Source: an uncultured delta proteobacterium (lineage in GTDB: Bacteria; Desulfobacterota; Binatia; UBA9968). From it: a stretch of 64,000 bases of DNA. How positions within the stretch are numbered: the stretch's first letter is position 1; the number at the start of each line of letters is the position of its first letter. The translations under genes were made by a program, and so were the position numbers. Below the pieces are notes generated by a model. It saw nothing but the letters and a program-made list of their open reading frames with translations, ran no database searches and was not told where the DNA came from. Location: contig CAVXEP010000029.1 in NCBI GenBank assembly GCA_963760795.1, forward strand, positions 384,001 through 448,000, read 5' to 3'. Below, in pieces: positions 31,205-42,285 of the stretch.

Positions 31205-32933
31205 ATGCGTTGGAGTAAGACGTCTCATCCCGACTCTCAAGGAAGACCCGGCGGACGCCGAGGTCATCAGTCACAAGCTCTTGGTGCGCGCCGGCTACAT
31301 TCGCCAGGTCAGCCGCGGCATCTACGATTACTTTCCCTTGGCTCTCAAAGTCATCCGCAAGATCGAAACCATCGTGCGCCAGGAAATGGACCGCGCCGGC
31401 GCGCAAGAACTTTTGCTGCCGATAGCCGCGCCCGCCGAGCTGTGGCAGGAGAGCGGCCGCTGGGAGTTCTACGGCAAAGAACTGCTGCGCTTCAAGGACC
31501 GCCACGAGCGCGATTTCTGTCTCGGTCCGACCCATGAAGAGCTGATCACCGATTTAGTGCGCCGTTCGGTGCGCTCCTATCGCGAGCTGCCAGTCAATTT
31601 GTACCAGCTCCAGACCAAGTTCCGCGATGAAGTGCGGCCGCGCTTCGGCTTGATGCGCGGGCGCGAGTTCATCATGAAAGACGCCTACAGTTTTCACACC
31701 GATGTCGAAGATTGCCGGCGCGAATACGACAACATGTATCAGACCTACAAGCGCATCTTCAGCCGCTGCGGTCTGAGCTTCCGCCCGGTGGAAGCGGACA
31801 CCGGCGCCATCGGCGGCAGCCTGTCTCATGAGTTTCAAGTGCTGGCCGCGTCCGGTGAAGACGCCATCGTTAGCTGCGACGGCTGCGAATACGCCGCCAA
31901 TGTCGAAAAGGCGGAAGTCAAAGGCAAGCCGCCGGTGGCGCGGGATATTTCCCAGGAATTCCCTAAGCTGAACAAGGTCGCCACACCGGGTAAAAAGACC
32001 GTGCCCGAGGTCGCCGAGTTGCTAAAATTAGCTGCCGATCGATTCATCAAGACGCTGGTTTACAAAACCGATGGCGGCGACTTGATCGCGGCGCTGGTGC
32101 GCGGCGATCATGAAATCAACGAACTGAAACTGCGCACGGTGCTAGGTTGCCGCGAAGTAACCCTAGCCGACGAAACCGCGGTGATGGCGGCGACTGGTGT
32201 GGCGCCCGGCTATTTGGGGCCGATTGGTTTGAAGTTACGCATCGTCGCCGATCTGTCGGTGCATGGCATGCGCGGCGCGGTCACCGGCGCCAACGAAGCC
32301 AATTTCCATTATATCGATATCGATCAGGAGCGCGACTTCACGCCGAGCGCGTTCGCCGACTTGCGCCTCGCCGTGGCGGGCGATCCTTGTCCGCGCTGTG
32401 AGTCGGGCAAGCTGCAGACCCATCGCGGCATTGAAGTGGGCCAAGTTTTTTATCTCGGCACCAAGTACAGCGAGAAGATGGGCGCGACTTATCTCGACGC
32501 CGAAGGCCGCGAGCAGGCCATCGAGATGGGCTGTTATGGCATCGGCATCAGCCGCATGGTCGCAGCCGCGGTCGAGCAAAACCACGATGACAACGGCATC
32601 ATCTGGCCGTTGTCCATCGCACCGTTTCAGGTGCTCGTGCTGCCGATCAATTACAAAGAAGAAAAACTGCGCGATGCCGCCGAAAAACTCTATCTAGATT
32701 TGCAGCGCGCCGGCGTTGAAGTGATGCTCGACGATCGCGATGAGCGCGCCGGGGTCAAGTTCAAGGACGCCGATCTGATCGGCATTCCGTTGCGCATCAC
32801 CATCGGCGCCAAGGCCCTAGACAAAGGCTGTATCGAGCTGCGTAGCCGGCGCGACGGAAAGACCAACGAAGTCGCGCTCGGCGATGCGATAAAAACCATT
32901 CAAACCATCATCTCCCAGGCGGTTCAGGGATAA
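31205..32933 (+). CDS. proS: Proline--tRNA ligase (one extra base near 31223)
   Basis: MRWSKT then LIPTLKE in next frame; GPTHEE, FRDEVRPRFGLMRGREF, MGCYGIG. Confidence 0.97.
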
Positions 32934-32936
32934 GCC

Positions 32937-33690
32937 ATGACCTCGAAGCTCGAGCTGGTACGTAAACATGGTTCCATGCGCGAGCGATTGATCGTTGCCC
33001 TGGACGTCGATAATTTGGAACAAGCTGCCGAGTTTAGTGCGCCAGCTCGCCGGCGAAGTCGGCATGTTTAAGATCGGCAAGCAGCTTTTCACCCACGCCG
33101 GGCCGCAGGCGGTGCGGCAGATTCAAGAGCTGGGCGGCGAGATATTTCTCGACCTCAAGTTCCACGATATTCCCAACACAGTAGCGAAAGCGGCCATCGA
33201 AGCGACCCGGCTCGGCGTGAAAATGTTCAATGTTCATGCGTCGGGCAGCTTGGAGATGATGCGCCTGACGGTCAAGGAAGTAAGACGGGTGTGCCGGCAG
33301 CAAAAGCTGCGCAAGCCGATCATGCTGGCGGTCACCGTGTTGACGAGTTTGAACCAAGACGATCTGCAGCGCGTCGGCGTCGAGCGCAAGGTCGCCGATC
33401 AGGTGGTGCGATTAGCTCTGCTTACCAAGGAAGCGGGGATGGAAGGTGTCGTCGCTTCGCCTCATGAAGTCGCGGATATCCGCGAGGCCTGCGGCCGGCG
33501 CTTCGTCATCGTCACGCCGGGGATTCGCCCGTCGGACGGCAATCGCAACGACCAGCAACGCGTCATGACGCCGCAAGACGCCGTACGCGGCGGCATCGAC
33601 TACATCGTCGTCGGCCGGCCGATCATCGAAGCCAAAGATCCGGTGGCCGCCGCCCGCGCCATCGTCGCCGACATGCAGCTGGGCAAGTAG
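32937..33690 (+). CDS. pyrF: Orotidine-5'-phosphate decarboxylase (one extra T at 33033-33035)
   Basis: RLIVALD in first frame; FLDLKFHDIPNT, VTPGIR, VVGRPI in second. Confidence 0.95.
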
Positions 33691-33761
33691 CCGCGCTGGC
33701 GCGCGGCATTTCAAATTCCCAATATCATATTTCAAAATTCGGGTGGGCGGAGATTCGCCTG

Positions 33762-34556
33762 CTACGCTTTCCAATACCGAAAGAAATGATGCACCGGGCT
33801 GTGGCCTGCGCCGATGCGGTAGCTGTGGCGCAGCGCATCGGTGATGTAGCGTTTGGCGTTGGTCACTGCCGTTTCGATCTTCTGGCCCTTGGCCAGGTTC
33901 GCCGCGATGGCGGCGGAGAGAGTGCAGCCGGTGCCGTGGGTGTTTTTGGTGCGGATGCGTGGTGCCTTGAGTGCGGTGAAATTTTTACCATCGTAAAAAA
34001 TATCCATGGCTGGACCTTTGAGATGGCCGCCTTTGATGAGCACGGTTTTTGCGCCCATCTGGACGATTCGTTTTGCCGCTTCGCGAATTTCATCTACGCT
34101 GCGAAGCTTCATGCCGGTGAGCACCTCGGCTTCTGGGATATTTGGAGTCACCACGCCCGCCAAGGGAACCAGTTTGCTGCGCAGCGCGGCGACGGCGCTT
34201 TTTTCGATCAGCAAATCGCCCGAGGTAGCGACCATCACCGGATCGACGACTATATTCTTTAAGCGATGCTGGCGAATCTTGTTTGCCACTAGGCCGATGA
34301 TCGCAGCGTTGGCGAGCATACCGGTCTTCACCGCATGGGCGCCGATGTCGGCGATGATCGCGTCGATCTGCGCGCCGACGAGTTTGGCATTGACGGCCAA
34401 CACCGCCGTGACGCCAATGGTGTTCTGCGCCGTGATCGCGGTGATCGCCGAGGTGCCGTAGACGCCAAGGGCGGCGAAGGTTTTCAGATCGGCTTGGATG
34501 CCGGCGCCGGCGCCGGAGTCCGAGCCAGCAATGGTGAGGGCTTTGCGGATGGTCAT
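33762..34556 (-). CDS. thiD: Hydroxymethylpyrimidine/phosphomethylpyrimidine kinase
   Basis: [35 protein letters not shown]. Confidence 0.97.
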   Translation of the reverse strand: MTIRKALTIAGSDSGAGAGIQADLKTFAALGVYGTSAITAITAQNTIGVTAVLAVNAKLVGAQIDAIIADIGAHAVKTGMLANAAIIGLVANKIRQHRLKNIVVDPVMVATSGDLLIEKSAVAALRSKLVPLAGVVTPNIPEAEVLTGMKLRSVDEIREAAKRIVQMGAKTVLIKGGHLKGPAMDIFYDGKNFTALKAPRIRTKNTHGTGCTLSAAIAANLAKGQKIETAVTNAKRYITDALRHSYRIGAGHSPVHHFFRYWKA

Positions 34557-34645
34557 GATTATTTCGCGTTGCGCATGATCAGTCGGTTTTAGAGTTGCAC
34601 GAGTTCAGCGGTGCGCTCGCGCCATTTCTCGTGGGATACCACTGG

Positions 34646-34780
34646 TTATTTACGTTGTCCGGGATCGACTTGATACTTCACGTCTTTGCGGTTCATCGAG
34701 CGCTCCTGGTTGGCCATGATCTCTTGGGTTTTCGTCGTCAGCATGAAGTCGACGAAGAGCGCCGCGACACCAAGGGCAGG
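34646..34780 (-). pseudogene. C-terminal remnant of an extracellular solute-binding protein (Fe/spermidine-type)
   Basis: AALFVDFMLTTKTQEIMANQ...stop; similarity ends at a 10-bp direct repeat GCCGCGACAC (34771, 34821). Confidence 0.55.
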
Positions 34781-34983
34781 TCCATGGCCGAGGCATAGGG
34801 CCGGCAGAAGCCTAGTTTTCGCCGCGACACTATCGGCCAACTGGAAGCCACCGGTGAATTCTCCATCATGGTGACATGGCGAGCACCTCCATGGACGGTA
34901 TATTACGCGTGCTTCCGGACTGTCAATTCGATTGCTCGGGCAAAGTTGAGGTGCTACGTGTAAGGACGTTGACGGTGGTTTTC

Positions 34984-35838
34984 ATGAGCGCAAATGACAA
35001 TTCACAAAATGATATTCGCCTCGATGTGCCGTATGGCGGCGGGCCGGCGGGAAATCTTTGTGTCGATCTCTATTTGCCGAATCGCCCGGGAACGCATCCG
35101 GCACTGCTCTGTCTGCACGGCGGCGCGTGGCTGCGCGGGTCGCAGCGGCAATACAAGAGCTGGGGGCCATGGCTGGCTGAGCGAGGCTATGCCGTAGTGG
35201 CGCTCGACTATCGTCTGTCGAGCCAAGTGAGTCCGGCGTGGCCGGGCGTGTGGGAAGATGTCTGCCGCGCGTTACAGTGGTTGATCGACCAAGCCCCAAC
35301 GCTCAATCTCGATCCATTGCGGCTCGGCGCCATCGGCGACTCCGCCGGCGGCCACATGGCAGCGATGCTGTCGCTGCATGAAGCCACGGCGAAACATATT
35401 CGCGCAATGGTCGGGGTTTACGGTATTTACGATTTGCCGGATTGGTGGCGCGTCACCCAGCCGCCCAAGCGCACCGACGATCCAGTGAAACAGCTCATGG
35501 GCAAATCCTACGCCGAGGCGAAAGCGGACTACGAAAACTTCTCACCGCTGCACCGCGTGCAAGCGTTGAAAGCGCGGCCCGGCGCCGGTTATTTAATTAT
35601 CCACGGTGACGAAGACGCCATCGTGCATCACAATCAATCGGAGCGTTTCATCGCCGCGTTGCGTGAGAAGGCAGCCAGTGTCGAAGGCATGCTGATCCCC
35701 GGCGCCGGCCATCACTGGTTTACCGCTCGTGACGACAATCCGGCGCGCCGACGCGTCGATGAGGAGCCGAATGTCACGGTGGCGCCGGTGCTGCTGCGGT
35801 TTCTGCAGCGGACTCTACGTCGGGGAAGTAAGGAGTGA
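34984..35838 (+). CDS. Alpha/beta hydrolase (HSL-like esterase)
   Basis: HGGAW, DYRL, GDSAGG, HGDED, GAGH. Confidence 0.9.
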   Translation: MSANDNSQNDIRLDVPYGGGPAGNLCVDLYLPNRPGTHPALLCLHGGAWLRGSQRQYKSWGPWLAERGYAVVALDYRLSSQVSPAWPGVWEDVCRALQWLIDQAPTLNLDPLRLGAIGDSAGGHMAAMLSLHEATAKHIRAMVGVYGIYDLPDWWRVTQPPKRTDDPVKQLMGKSYAEAKADYENFSPLHRVQALKARPGAGYLIIHGDEDAIVHHNQSERFIAALREKAASVEGMLIPGAGHHWFTARDDNPARRRVDEEPNVTVAPVLLRFLQRTLRRGSKE

Positions 35839-35902
35839 ATAGTGAGGAGCGAGGAGGCTCGGATCGGAATCTTACTTGAAACGCTTTCAAGGAGAAAACA
35901 CG

Positions 35903-36804
35903 ATGAGCAACGATGCAAGTATCCTGACACTTAGAACGCTGCTCGGCGATTATCCCGAACACCAAGGCGCTCAAGACCGGCGATATTCGTTCACTCGTCC
36001 GTGTCGCATTCGATGTTCGCGGACGTGAAGGTGCCGAATACAGCCTTTAAAGATGTCGTGCGCCATTTGAAATACGATGTCGCCGAGTTGGCGATCGTAA
36101 CGTTTTTGCAGGCGAAGGCGCATGGCAAACCGCTGGTGCTTCTGCCCGCGGTGATCGTCGGCGCATTGCCGCATCCGTTTCTGGTTTGCAATGCCGAGCG
36201 CGGACGGATTGCACCCGCTGATCTCAAAGGGAAGCGCGTTGGCATCCGCGCTTATTCGGTCACGACAGCGGCTTGGGTTCGCGGCGTCTTACAGAACGAA
36301 TATCGAGTTGATCTCAACAGCATCAATTGGGTGACCTTCGAAGACCCCCATGTCGCGGAATATTCCGATCCGCCTACGGCAGTGCGCGCGCCGGCCGGTA
36401 AGTCGCTGGTGCAGATGCTCATCGACGGCGAGATCGACGCCGGCGTGGTCGGCGGTCCTGATCTAAAGGATTCGCGCTTGCAGCCGGTGATACCAAACCC
36501 CAACGAAGCGGCGCAAGCGTGGTGTAAGAAACATGGCGCGCTGCCGATCAATCACATGCTGGTTGTCAAAGAGTCGCTGGTGCAATCGAATCCGGCGGCG
36601 GTAAAAGAAGTTTTCCGGGTGGTTCGCGAAAGTAAACAAGCGATGTCACCCGCGGGCACTGCGCTCGATCCGATTCAGTTCGGATTGGCAAGCATTCGCC
36701 GCAGCCTGGAGCTGATCGTCGAGTATTCGACACAGCAAGGTTTGATTCCGCTAAAGGTTCCGGTGGATGATTTGTTCGACGATAGGACACGGAATCTGCT
36801 TTGA
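35903..36804 (+). CDS. 4,5-dihydroxyphthalate decarboxylase-like / periplasmic-binding-fold protein (two extra bases near 35957 and 36015)
   Basis: AAGGAG RBS + ATG 35903; LLGDYP-NTKAL, YDVAELA, GKRVGIRAYSVTT, PINH. Confidence 0.75.
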
Positions 36805-36860
36805 GCTTACGAAAACTTAGACGTCATTAGGCTGTGGTACGAACATGTTAGGAGCAAACC

Positions 36861-37568
36861 ATGAAACTGATCGGACTGATTTCGCCTAACTCGAGCGAAG
36901 ATACGTTGGCGGACGTTTACAATATTTTCCCCAAGGACATTCGCATCGAAGCGCGGAACTTGCATGTCGCTAAGTACACCGACGATGAATTTCACCGCGC
37001 CGAGTTGACCTTCCAAGGACTCGTCCGTGATTTGGTTAAGCAGCCGTTGGATTTTCTGATGGTCACCGGCGAACTGTTTCTCTCTTACAAAGGGCCGGGT
37101 TCGGATCGGGAAATCCTCGATCTGGTCAAACAGATCACGCCGACGCCGGCTTCGACGGTATTGACCGCGGTGACGCGCGGTTGCCGCGCACTGGGACTCA
37201 AGCGCGTGGTGATGGCTTCGCCATTCCCCGAGGACCAAGACGAGCGGCTGGTGAAATTTCTCGCCCACGACGGCATCGATGTCGTGGGCTTTCGCGGCTT
37301 GGGCTGCCCCAACGCCGAAGTGATTTGGCAACTGGCGCCGGAAACCGGTTACGACTTGTCGATGGCGCTGTTGCGCGAACATCCCGAGGTCGACGGCGTC
37401 TACATGCCGTGCAACAAGTGGCGCACGGTTTCCGTCATTGAGCGCATCGAGAAAGACAGCGGCAAACCGGTGGTGACCAATACTCAGGCGTGGACCTGGG
37501 AGGCGCTGCACGCGATGGGCATGCGCGAGCCGATTACTGGCTTCGGCCGGCTGTTGCGGCATGGGTAA
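36861..37568 (+). CDS. Maleate isomerase / arylmalonate decarboxylase (Asp/Glu racemase superfamily)
   Basis: IGLISP, MASPF, YMPCNKW, GKPVVTNTQA, GFGRLL. Confidence 0.85.
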   Translation: MKLIGLISPNSSEDTLADVYNIFPKDIRIEARNLHVAKYTDDEFHRAELTFQGLVRDLVKQPLDFLMVTGELFLSYKGPGSDREILDLVKQITPTPASTVLTAVTRGCRALGLKRVVMASPFPEDQDERLVKFLAHDGIDVVGFRGLGCPNAEVIWQLAPETGYDLSMALLREHPEVDGVYMPCNKWRTVSVIERIEKDSGKPVVTNTQAWTWEALHAMGMREPITGFGRLLRHG

Positions 37569-37595
37569 TTATTTGAAGAACAATCGCTCTCCGAC

Positions 37596-38624
37596 TTACG
37601 ACCCCTTCAATTCATACAAGAGAAGCTGATGCTCGCGCCGATTCATGTTGGCGTAGCTGAAGCCGATAGCACCCTTCGTGCCGATAACTACATGCGGGTC
37701 TGCACATGTATCCCTGGACCGATCGCAGAAGCGCTCGTGAAACACGAGCCGGTTAGTGGAGAGATCGAAGATCGCGAACGACACGTCTGTCGGTCCGCGC
37801 CATTCGAGCCGCTGTGCGAGGGCGAGATAACGGCCGTCCGGCGTGCGGGCGATTGCTTCGATGCGATCGAATCCGCCGAGGGGCGTCGCGACTACGCGAT
37901 GGACCAAGGTTTTCGTCCGCTTCGACGGATTGATTTCGTACAGTCCGCCTTGGCGCGCCGTCAGCGTGACGTTTGCTTCAAAGACATAAAGTGTGTTGCG
38001 CACCGGGTGATAGAAGGCCGCACCCGTATAAGTGTGTAAAGGAACGGCTCGGGAATCCGCTGCAATCGCTCGAGTCGCCGCGGGCATGAGTGTCTCGCCG
38101 GTCTTGGGCGACCAAACTTCGAGCGAGCTCAGTACCAGCCCGTCAGTCGACGCGCCGATGAGACGCTGATCGATCCGGTACGTTCCAGATGGGAATGCTG
38201 TCTGCCGTTCCCATGATTTCTTGCCGTCGCTATCAATTCCAATGAGCGCAATCTCCGTCGGCGTTCCTTCCCGGCTGCACAGCCGCTCGTCCACTCTTGG
38301 CGCCAACAGTTTGGTTTGGCGCGGATGGATGGGATAGCCGTTGGTGTTCTGTTGGGGCGGCTGAGTATCGCAAGCGCCGGTTGCTTCCGTGTGCACCAAG
38401 GCATTTGCCCATCGCAGTTGGCCGGTCTGATCGAAGAAGGGCCAGTTCACGCGCGGCGCGGCTGGTTCTCCTGGGCTTCCGGGGAATGCAATGGTTTGCA
38501 CTGTGCGCTTGAGTAGTTGGATTGAGTTAGCGCTTGCGCCGAATGACCGCTTTGAATCAACACTCGCGCTAAGCGTTAATCCAACTCCCATCGACAGGAG
38601 CACCGAGGTGGACAATCGGGCCAT
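37596..38624 (-). CDS. Hypothetical secreted protein, possibly beta-propeller
   Basis: 342-aa ORF, hydrophobic N-terminus, TPDGRYLA and SDGKKSW propeller-like turns. Confidence 0.6.
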   Translation of the reverse strand: MARLSTSVLLSMGVGLTLSASVDSKRSFGASANSIQLLKRTVQTIAFPGSPGEPAAPRVNWPFFDQTGQLRWANALVHTEATGACDTQPPQQNTNGYPIHPRQTKLLAPRVDERLCSREGTPTEIALIGIDSDGKKSWERQTAFPSGTYRIDQRLIGASTDGLVLSSLEVWSPKTGETLMPAATRAIAADSRAVPLHTYTGAAFYHPVRNTLYVFEANVTLTARQGGLYEINPSKRTKTLVHRVVATPLGGFDRIEAIARTPDGRYLALAQRLEWRGPTDVSFAIFDLSTNRLVFHERFCDRSRDTCADPHVVIGTKGAIGFSYANMNRREHQLLLYELKGS

Positions 38625-38662
38625 GCAAAATTCAAGAAAGACGATTGGCAGCTGGAACAGGC

Positions 38663-39625
38663 TCAGTGCTTAGCGCGCCCCAGAGCCTTCGCTGCGAAAC
38701 TAAAATCGAATACTTGGCTCGGCGCGACTTCTTTGGTCAGGCCCATGCTCTTCTTGGTGAACTCGATGGCGCCGCGCATCCAAGCGTCGTCGAGATAGCT
38801 CAATCCGCCGAGACGGCTGAGTTGGAGATCGTAAACTTCCGTTGCCAAGGAACGGTCCTTGATGCCGAGATACTTGGAAATTATATCGATGGACTCGTTG
38901 CGATGTTGCGCGAAGTACTGCTGTCCCTTCAAGCTGGCGCGGACAAAGCCCAAGACTTCAGCGGGATGGTTCTTGATTTTCTCTTCCGTCGTGCCGACGC
39001 CGCCGGTGGGGTAGCTGCTCAGATAATCGCCGGAATACGCCAGCTTGGTGAAGCCGTCGCGGTAAAGGATCAGTTGGCGCGGTTGGGTGAGCAGACAGGC
39101 GGCGATGCGGCCGGTTCTCAGCGCGGTCACCAACTCCTCGGGGCTGCCGATGACAATCAACGTCGCATCCTTGTTCGCGGTCACCCCATGCTGGGCAAGA
39201 ATCGTCTGCGTCAGGATGTCCACCGCGCCGCCGCGCGACGAGATGCCGACGACCTTACCTTTCAACTGCGCCACCGCTTTGATGTCGGGTTGACCGACCA
39301 GATCGAATTGCGGTCTGGAATTGACGACCAGGACGAGTCGCACCGGCACGCCGCGGGTCGCCCCGGCAATGATCGATCCCGCCGCCGAGGTATAATCCAC
39401 CGAACCGCCGAGCAGCGCCTGCATGCCGACGGCGCCGCGAATTAATATAATTTCGACGTCGAGCCCCTCGTCGCGATAGAAACCTTTGAGCAGGGCGATT
39501 CTAAATTGCAGCTCGGTTACGGCAACCGAAGTCGCCGACAAACGCACCTTTTTCAACTGCGCCGGCGCCGGCGCGGCAGTGAAAACGAAAACGAGCGCAA
39601 TGAACGCTCCGATCATTTTACCCAT
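38663..39625 (-). CDS. NMT1/THI5/SsuA-like substrate-binding protein
   Basis: Signal peptide, GFYRDEGLDVE, LKGKVVGIS. Confidence 0.88.
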   Translation of the reverse strand: MGKMIGAFIALVFVFTAAPAPAQLKKVRLSATSVAVTELQFRIALLKGFYRDEGLDVEIILIRGAVGMQALLGGSVDYTSAAGSIIAGATRGVPVRLVLVVNSRPQFDLVGQPDIKAVAQLKGKVVGISSRGGAVDILTQTILAQHGVTANKDATLIVIGSPEELVTALRTGRIAACLLTQPRQLILYRDGFTKLAYSGDYLSSYPTGGVGTTEEKIKNHPAEVLGFVRASLKGQQYFAQHRNESIDIISKYLGIKDRSLATEVYDLQLSRLGGLSYLDDAWMRGAIEFTKKSMGLTKEVAPSQVFDFSFAAKALGRAKH

Positions 39626-39719
39626 AGTTGATTCCAAACTCCTCGATAGTTGCGAACCCTAGCAAGGGGGCCAACCGTCGTCAAATAGCGGCGTGAATTG
39701 AAAGTCGACTGCTGCCTCC

Positions 39720-39829
39720 GTCATTCCCGTGAAAACGGCAAGGGAATCCAGGTACGCCGCTGTTGTCGCGCCCCTCTCGTCATACCGGGCGCAGACCCAT
39801 CTCGTTATACTGGTGCAGGACGGTATCCA
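39720..39829. repeat. Degenerate GTCAT-family REP-like units
   Basis: GTCATTCCCGTGAAAACGGCAAGGGAATCCAG and GTCATACCG...CGGTATCCA, related to 645-670. Confidence 0.6.
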
Positions 39830-39942
39830 TCTTCGTTGCCATTGAATCCGAGAGACCGACGATCACAGGCTCTCGTGCTTGACAACCCAAGCGCGAGCGA
39901 ACTAGATGGAAACAAATCATCTGCAAACCAAGGAGTGCGCCT

Positions 39943-40755
39943 ATGTTCGCCCGCATTCGCCATCTCGCCAGCCACACGGAACGTTACGACACCATGTCCA
40001 GATTCTACGGAACTATATTTGGCATGAAGCAAATCACCACCGGGTTGATGGACGAAAGCAGCAAAGCCAACGCCGAACGCGGCCACATCAGCGACGGCGT
40101 CATCGGCATGGCGCTGCTCGCCAAGCGCGCCGGCAGCGGCCAGGGGCTCGATCACTTCGGTTTCGAAGTCGAAGATATCCGCGAAGCGGTCGAGCGGATC
40201 GATCGGTTCTATCCGGAACTCATGCATACCAAAGCACTGGCCTATGTGCCCTTCGCCGGCATTCGCGCCCAGGACCCCATCGGCATACAGTTCGATCTGG
40301 CGCAAAAAGGCCAAGCCAACGTCCGCGAAGGCTACCTGAGCGACGGCTGGGAGCAACCGCGCTGGCTCAATCACATTGCCCTGCGCGCCCGCGAGCCGGA
40401 AAGAGTCGCCGAGTTTTACAGTAAAATCTTAGAGCTCAAAGGGGTTGAAGCAGGCGGGGAAGCCGGGTCGATCATGCTCACCGACGGCAAAGTTCGCTTG
40501 ATCGTTCGGCGCTGCCACAACGGTTTCTATCGCACCATGCGCCAGGGCTTCGATCACATCGGTTTCAAAGTCGACAGTATCGAGAAGACCATCCAGGAAC
40601 TAACGGATCTCGCCGCCGCGTTCCCCGAGTGCGCCGCGAAAAAAATCGCCGGCGGCGTCCAAGGCGGCGCCATTGCCAAGGATCTCCAAGCTTGTCCCAT
40701 CGGTAAACACGCCTTCGCCGACCCGGACGGCGTGCTGGTGGATATTTGCGAATAA
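39943..40755 (+). CDS. VOC/glyoxalase-family protein with two domains
   Basis: IRHLA, GLDHFGFEV, DPIG; LNHIA, GFDHIGFKV, DPDG; AAGGAG RBS. Confidence 0.88.
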   Translation: MFARIRHLASHTERYDTMSRFYGTIFGMKQITTGLMDESSKANAERGHISDGVIGMALLAKRAGSGQGLDHFGFEVEDIREAVERIDRFYPELMHTKALAYVPFAGIRAQDPIGIQFDLAQKGQANVREGYLSDGWEQPRWLNHIALRAREPERVAEFYSKILELKGVEAGGEAGSIMLTDGKVRLIVRRCHNGFYRTMRQGFDHIGFKVDSIEKTIQELTDLAAAFPECAAKKIAGGVQGGAIAKDLQACPIGKHAFADPDGVLVDICE

Positions 40756-40756
40756 A

Positions 40757-41022
40757 AAGCCACGGAGGAGAGCACAGAGAACAAGATTGATTCGGATAAA
40801 TTAACCGCAAAGCATGTCCTGAGCGAAGGCGAAGGAGCTGAGCCGCGCAAAGAACGCGAAAAGGGAATCCGGATTATCTCCCGCCAAGACGCCAAGGCGC
40901 AAGGGTGACGGGCCGATGCCCATCATCCCGAGTGAATGCTAGGGATCTAAGAAAGGTTTCTCCTCTCGGTCGAAATGACAACAAATCCGAAGTTCGCGTC
41001 TTTGCGCCCCCTGCGGGAGGAA
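40757..41022. repeat. Composite nested repeat: CGCAAAG/CGCCAAG-type inverted arms enclosing a REP-like pair
   Basis: CTCCCGCCAAGACGCCAAGGCGCAAG ... TCATCCCGAGTGAATGCTAGGGATCT...TCGGTCGAAATGACA ... TTCGCGTCTTTGCGCCCCCTGCGGGAG. Confidence 0.7.
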
Positions 41023-41058
41023 TATTCGCATTCCAACTCTTCATCGCCACAATCGCTG

Positions 41059-42078
41059 ATGGCAAAAATTCTCGCAACTTTAGTCTGCCTGGGTTTTTCT
41101 CTTATCATTTGCACAGACCTGCGCGCTGCGGCGGCAAGGCCGAAGGTGGTCATTGCCCATGCCGCGATGAATTTCCGTGTGACACCCCTTTGGGTCGCGC
41201 AAGATCAGGGATTCTTCGCCAAATACGGTATCGACTCGGAGGTCATCTACATGCGCGGCGGGCCGACGTTGCTGTCCGGCATGTTATCGGGCGATATCCA
41301 AATCGGCTGGACCGCTAGTGGCATCATCGCGCCGATCGCCGAAGGCGCCGACTTCGTTATTGTCGCCGGTTTCAACAACCGGGTTACCGACGATCTGATC
41401 GTCCGACCCGGCATCAGGCGGCCGGAAGATTTGCGCGGTAAACGCTTCGGCGTGCAGAGCATCGGCGGTGGCGGTTGGATGGGCGTTATGCTTGGTTTGG
41501 AATCGTTGGGATTGGAACCGCGGCGCGACGATATCCGTATCTTGGTCATCGGCGATTCCACCGTTCGCGGTCAAGCGCTCGAAGGCGGATTGATCGACGC
41601 CACTTCTCTCGACGGCGCCTTTAGCCGCAAGGCGAAAGCCAAAGGCTTCGTCACGCTGGCCGATTTTTCTCAGTCCAATATACCGATCATGAACCATCTG
41701 ATGGCAGTCAAAAAAAGTTATCTGCAGCGTCAGCCGGAGATCGTCGAAAACGTTTTGCGTGCGCTCATCGAGGGGCTGGCTTTTACCTGGTCGCCGAAAA
41801 GTAAAAGCGCCGTGCTCAAGAGCGTCATGCGGTGGCTGAGAATTACCGAGATGGCTCTCGCCGAAGACGGCTACCAGGAATTACTGACGCGCGGCGGCCT
41901 CGAAAAAAAACCATATCCCTCCCTGGAGGGAATGCGTAACGTGCAGCGCCTGATGCAGAGCAGCAACCCGCGCGTTGGCGAGATCAAACTGGAGGAGATC
42001 ATCGACCGCAGCATCATGCGCAAACTCGATGACAGCGGCTTTATTGATCGAATGTATAGCGTTTATCCGGCAAAGTGA
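41059..42078 (+). CDS. NMT1/THI5/SsuA-like substrate-binding protein
   Basis: Signal peptide, LWVAQDQGFFAKYG, DLRGKRFGV, PYPSLEG, LDDSGFID. Confidence 0.88.
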   Translation: MAKILATLVCLGFSLIICTDLRAAAARPKVVIAHAAMNFRVTPLWVAQDQGFFAKYGIDSEVIYMRGGPTLLSGMLSGDIQIGWTASGIIAPIAEGADFVIVAGFNNRVTDDLIVRPGIRRPEDLRGKRFGVQSIGGGGWMGVMLGLESLGLEPRRDDIRILVIGDSTVRGQALEGGLIDATSLDGAFSRKAKAKGFVTLADFSQSNIPIMNHLMAVKKSYLQRQPEIVENVLRALIEGLAFTWSPKSKSAVLKSVMRWLRITEMALAEDGYQELLTRGGLEKKPYPSLEGMRNVQRLMQSSNPRVGEIKLEEIIDRSIMRKLDDSGFIDRMYSVYPAK

Positions 42079-42285
42079 TCGCGTCTCTTACTGGTCCTTG
42101 CCAATGTCAATAAGAGAGCTGGGCAAAAGCGTACTGATTCAATCATTGAACGGATCGAAAATGACAGCCGCACCCGACGGTGACTAGGAGCCAGGCGTGA
42201 ACCAGGGAGACGTTAGACGGGTCAGCACTTCGCCATGCGCTCGCCAGCCATGACCGGCACTCGCGCTTAAAGTTAAGATCCGCGC

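Noticed and set aside
27146-33690. Pseudogenisation or programmed frameshifting of yidC, proS and pyrF
   Set aside because: Genes are otherwise intact and yidC and proS are essential; no slippery heptamers; the same +1 pattern occurs across unrelated genes, so error is more likely.
33762-34900. TPP riboswitch upstream of thiD
   Set aside because: No CTGAGA...CCCTTTGAACCTGA-type core seen; the upstream DNA is a gene remnant.
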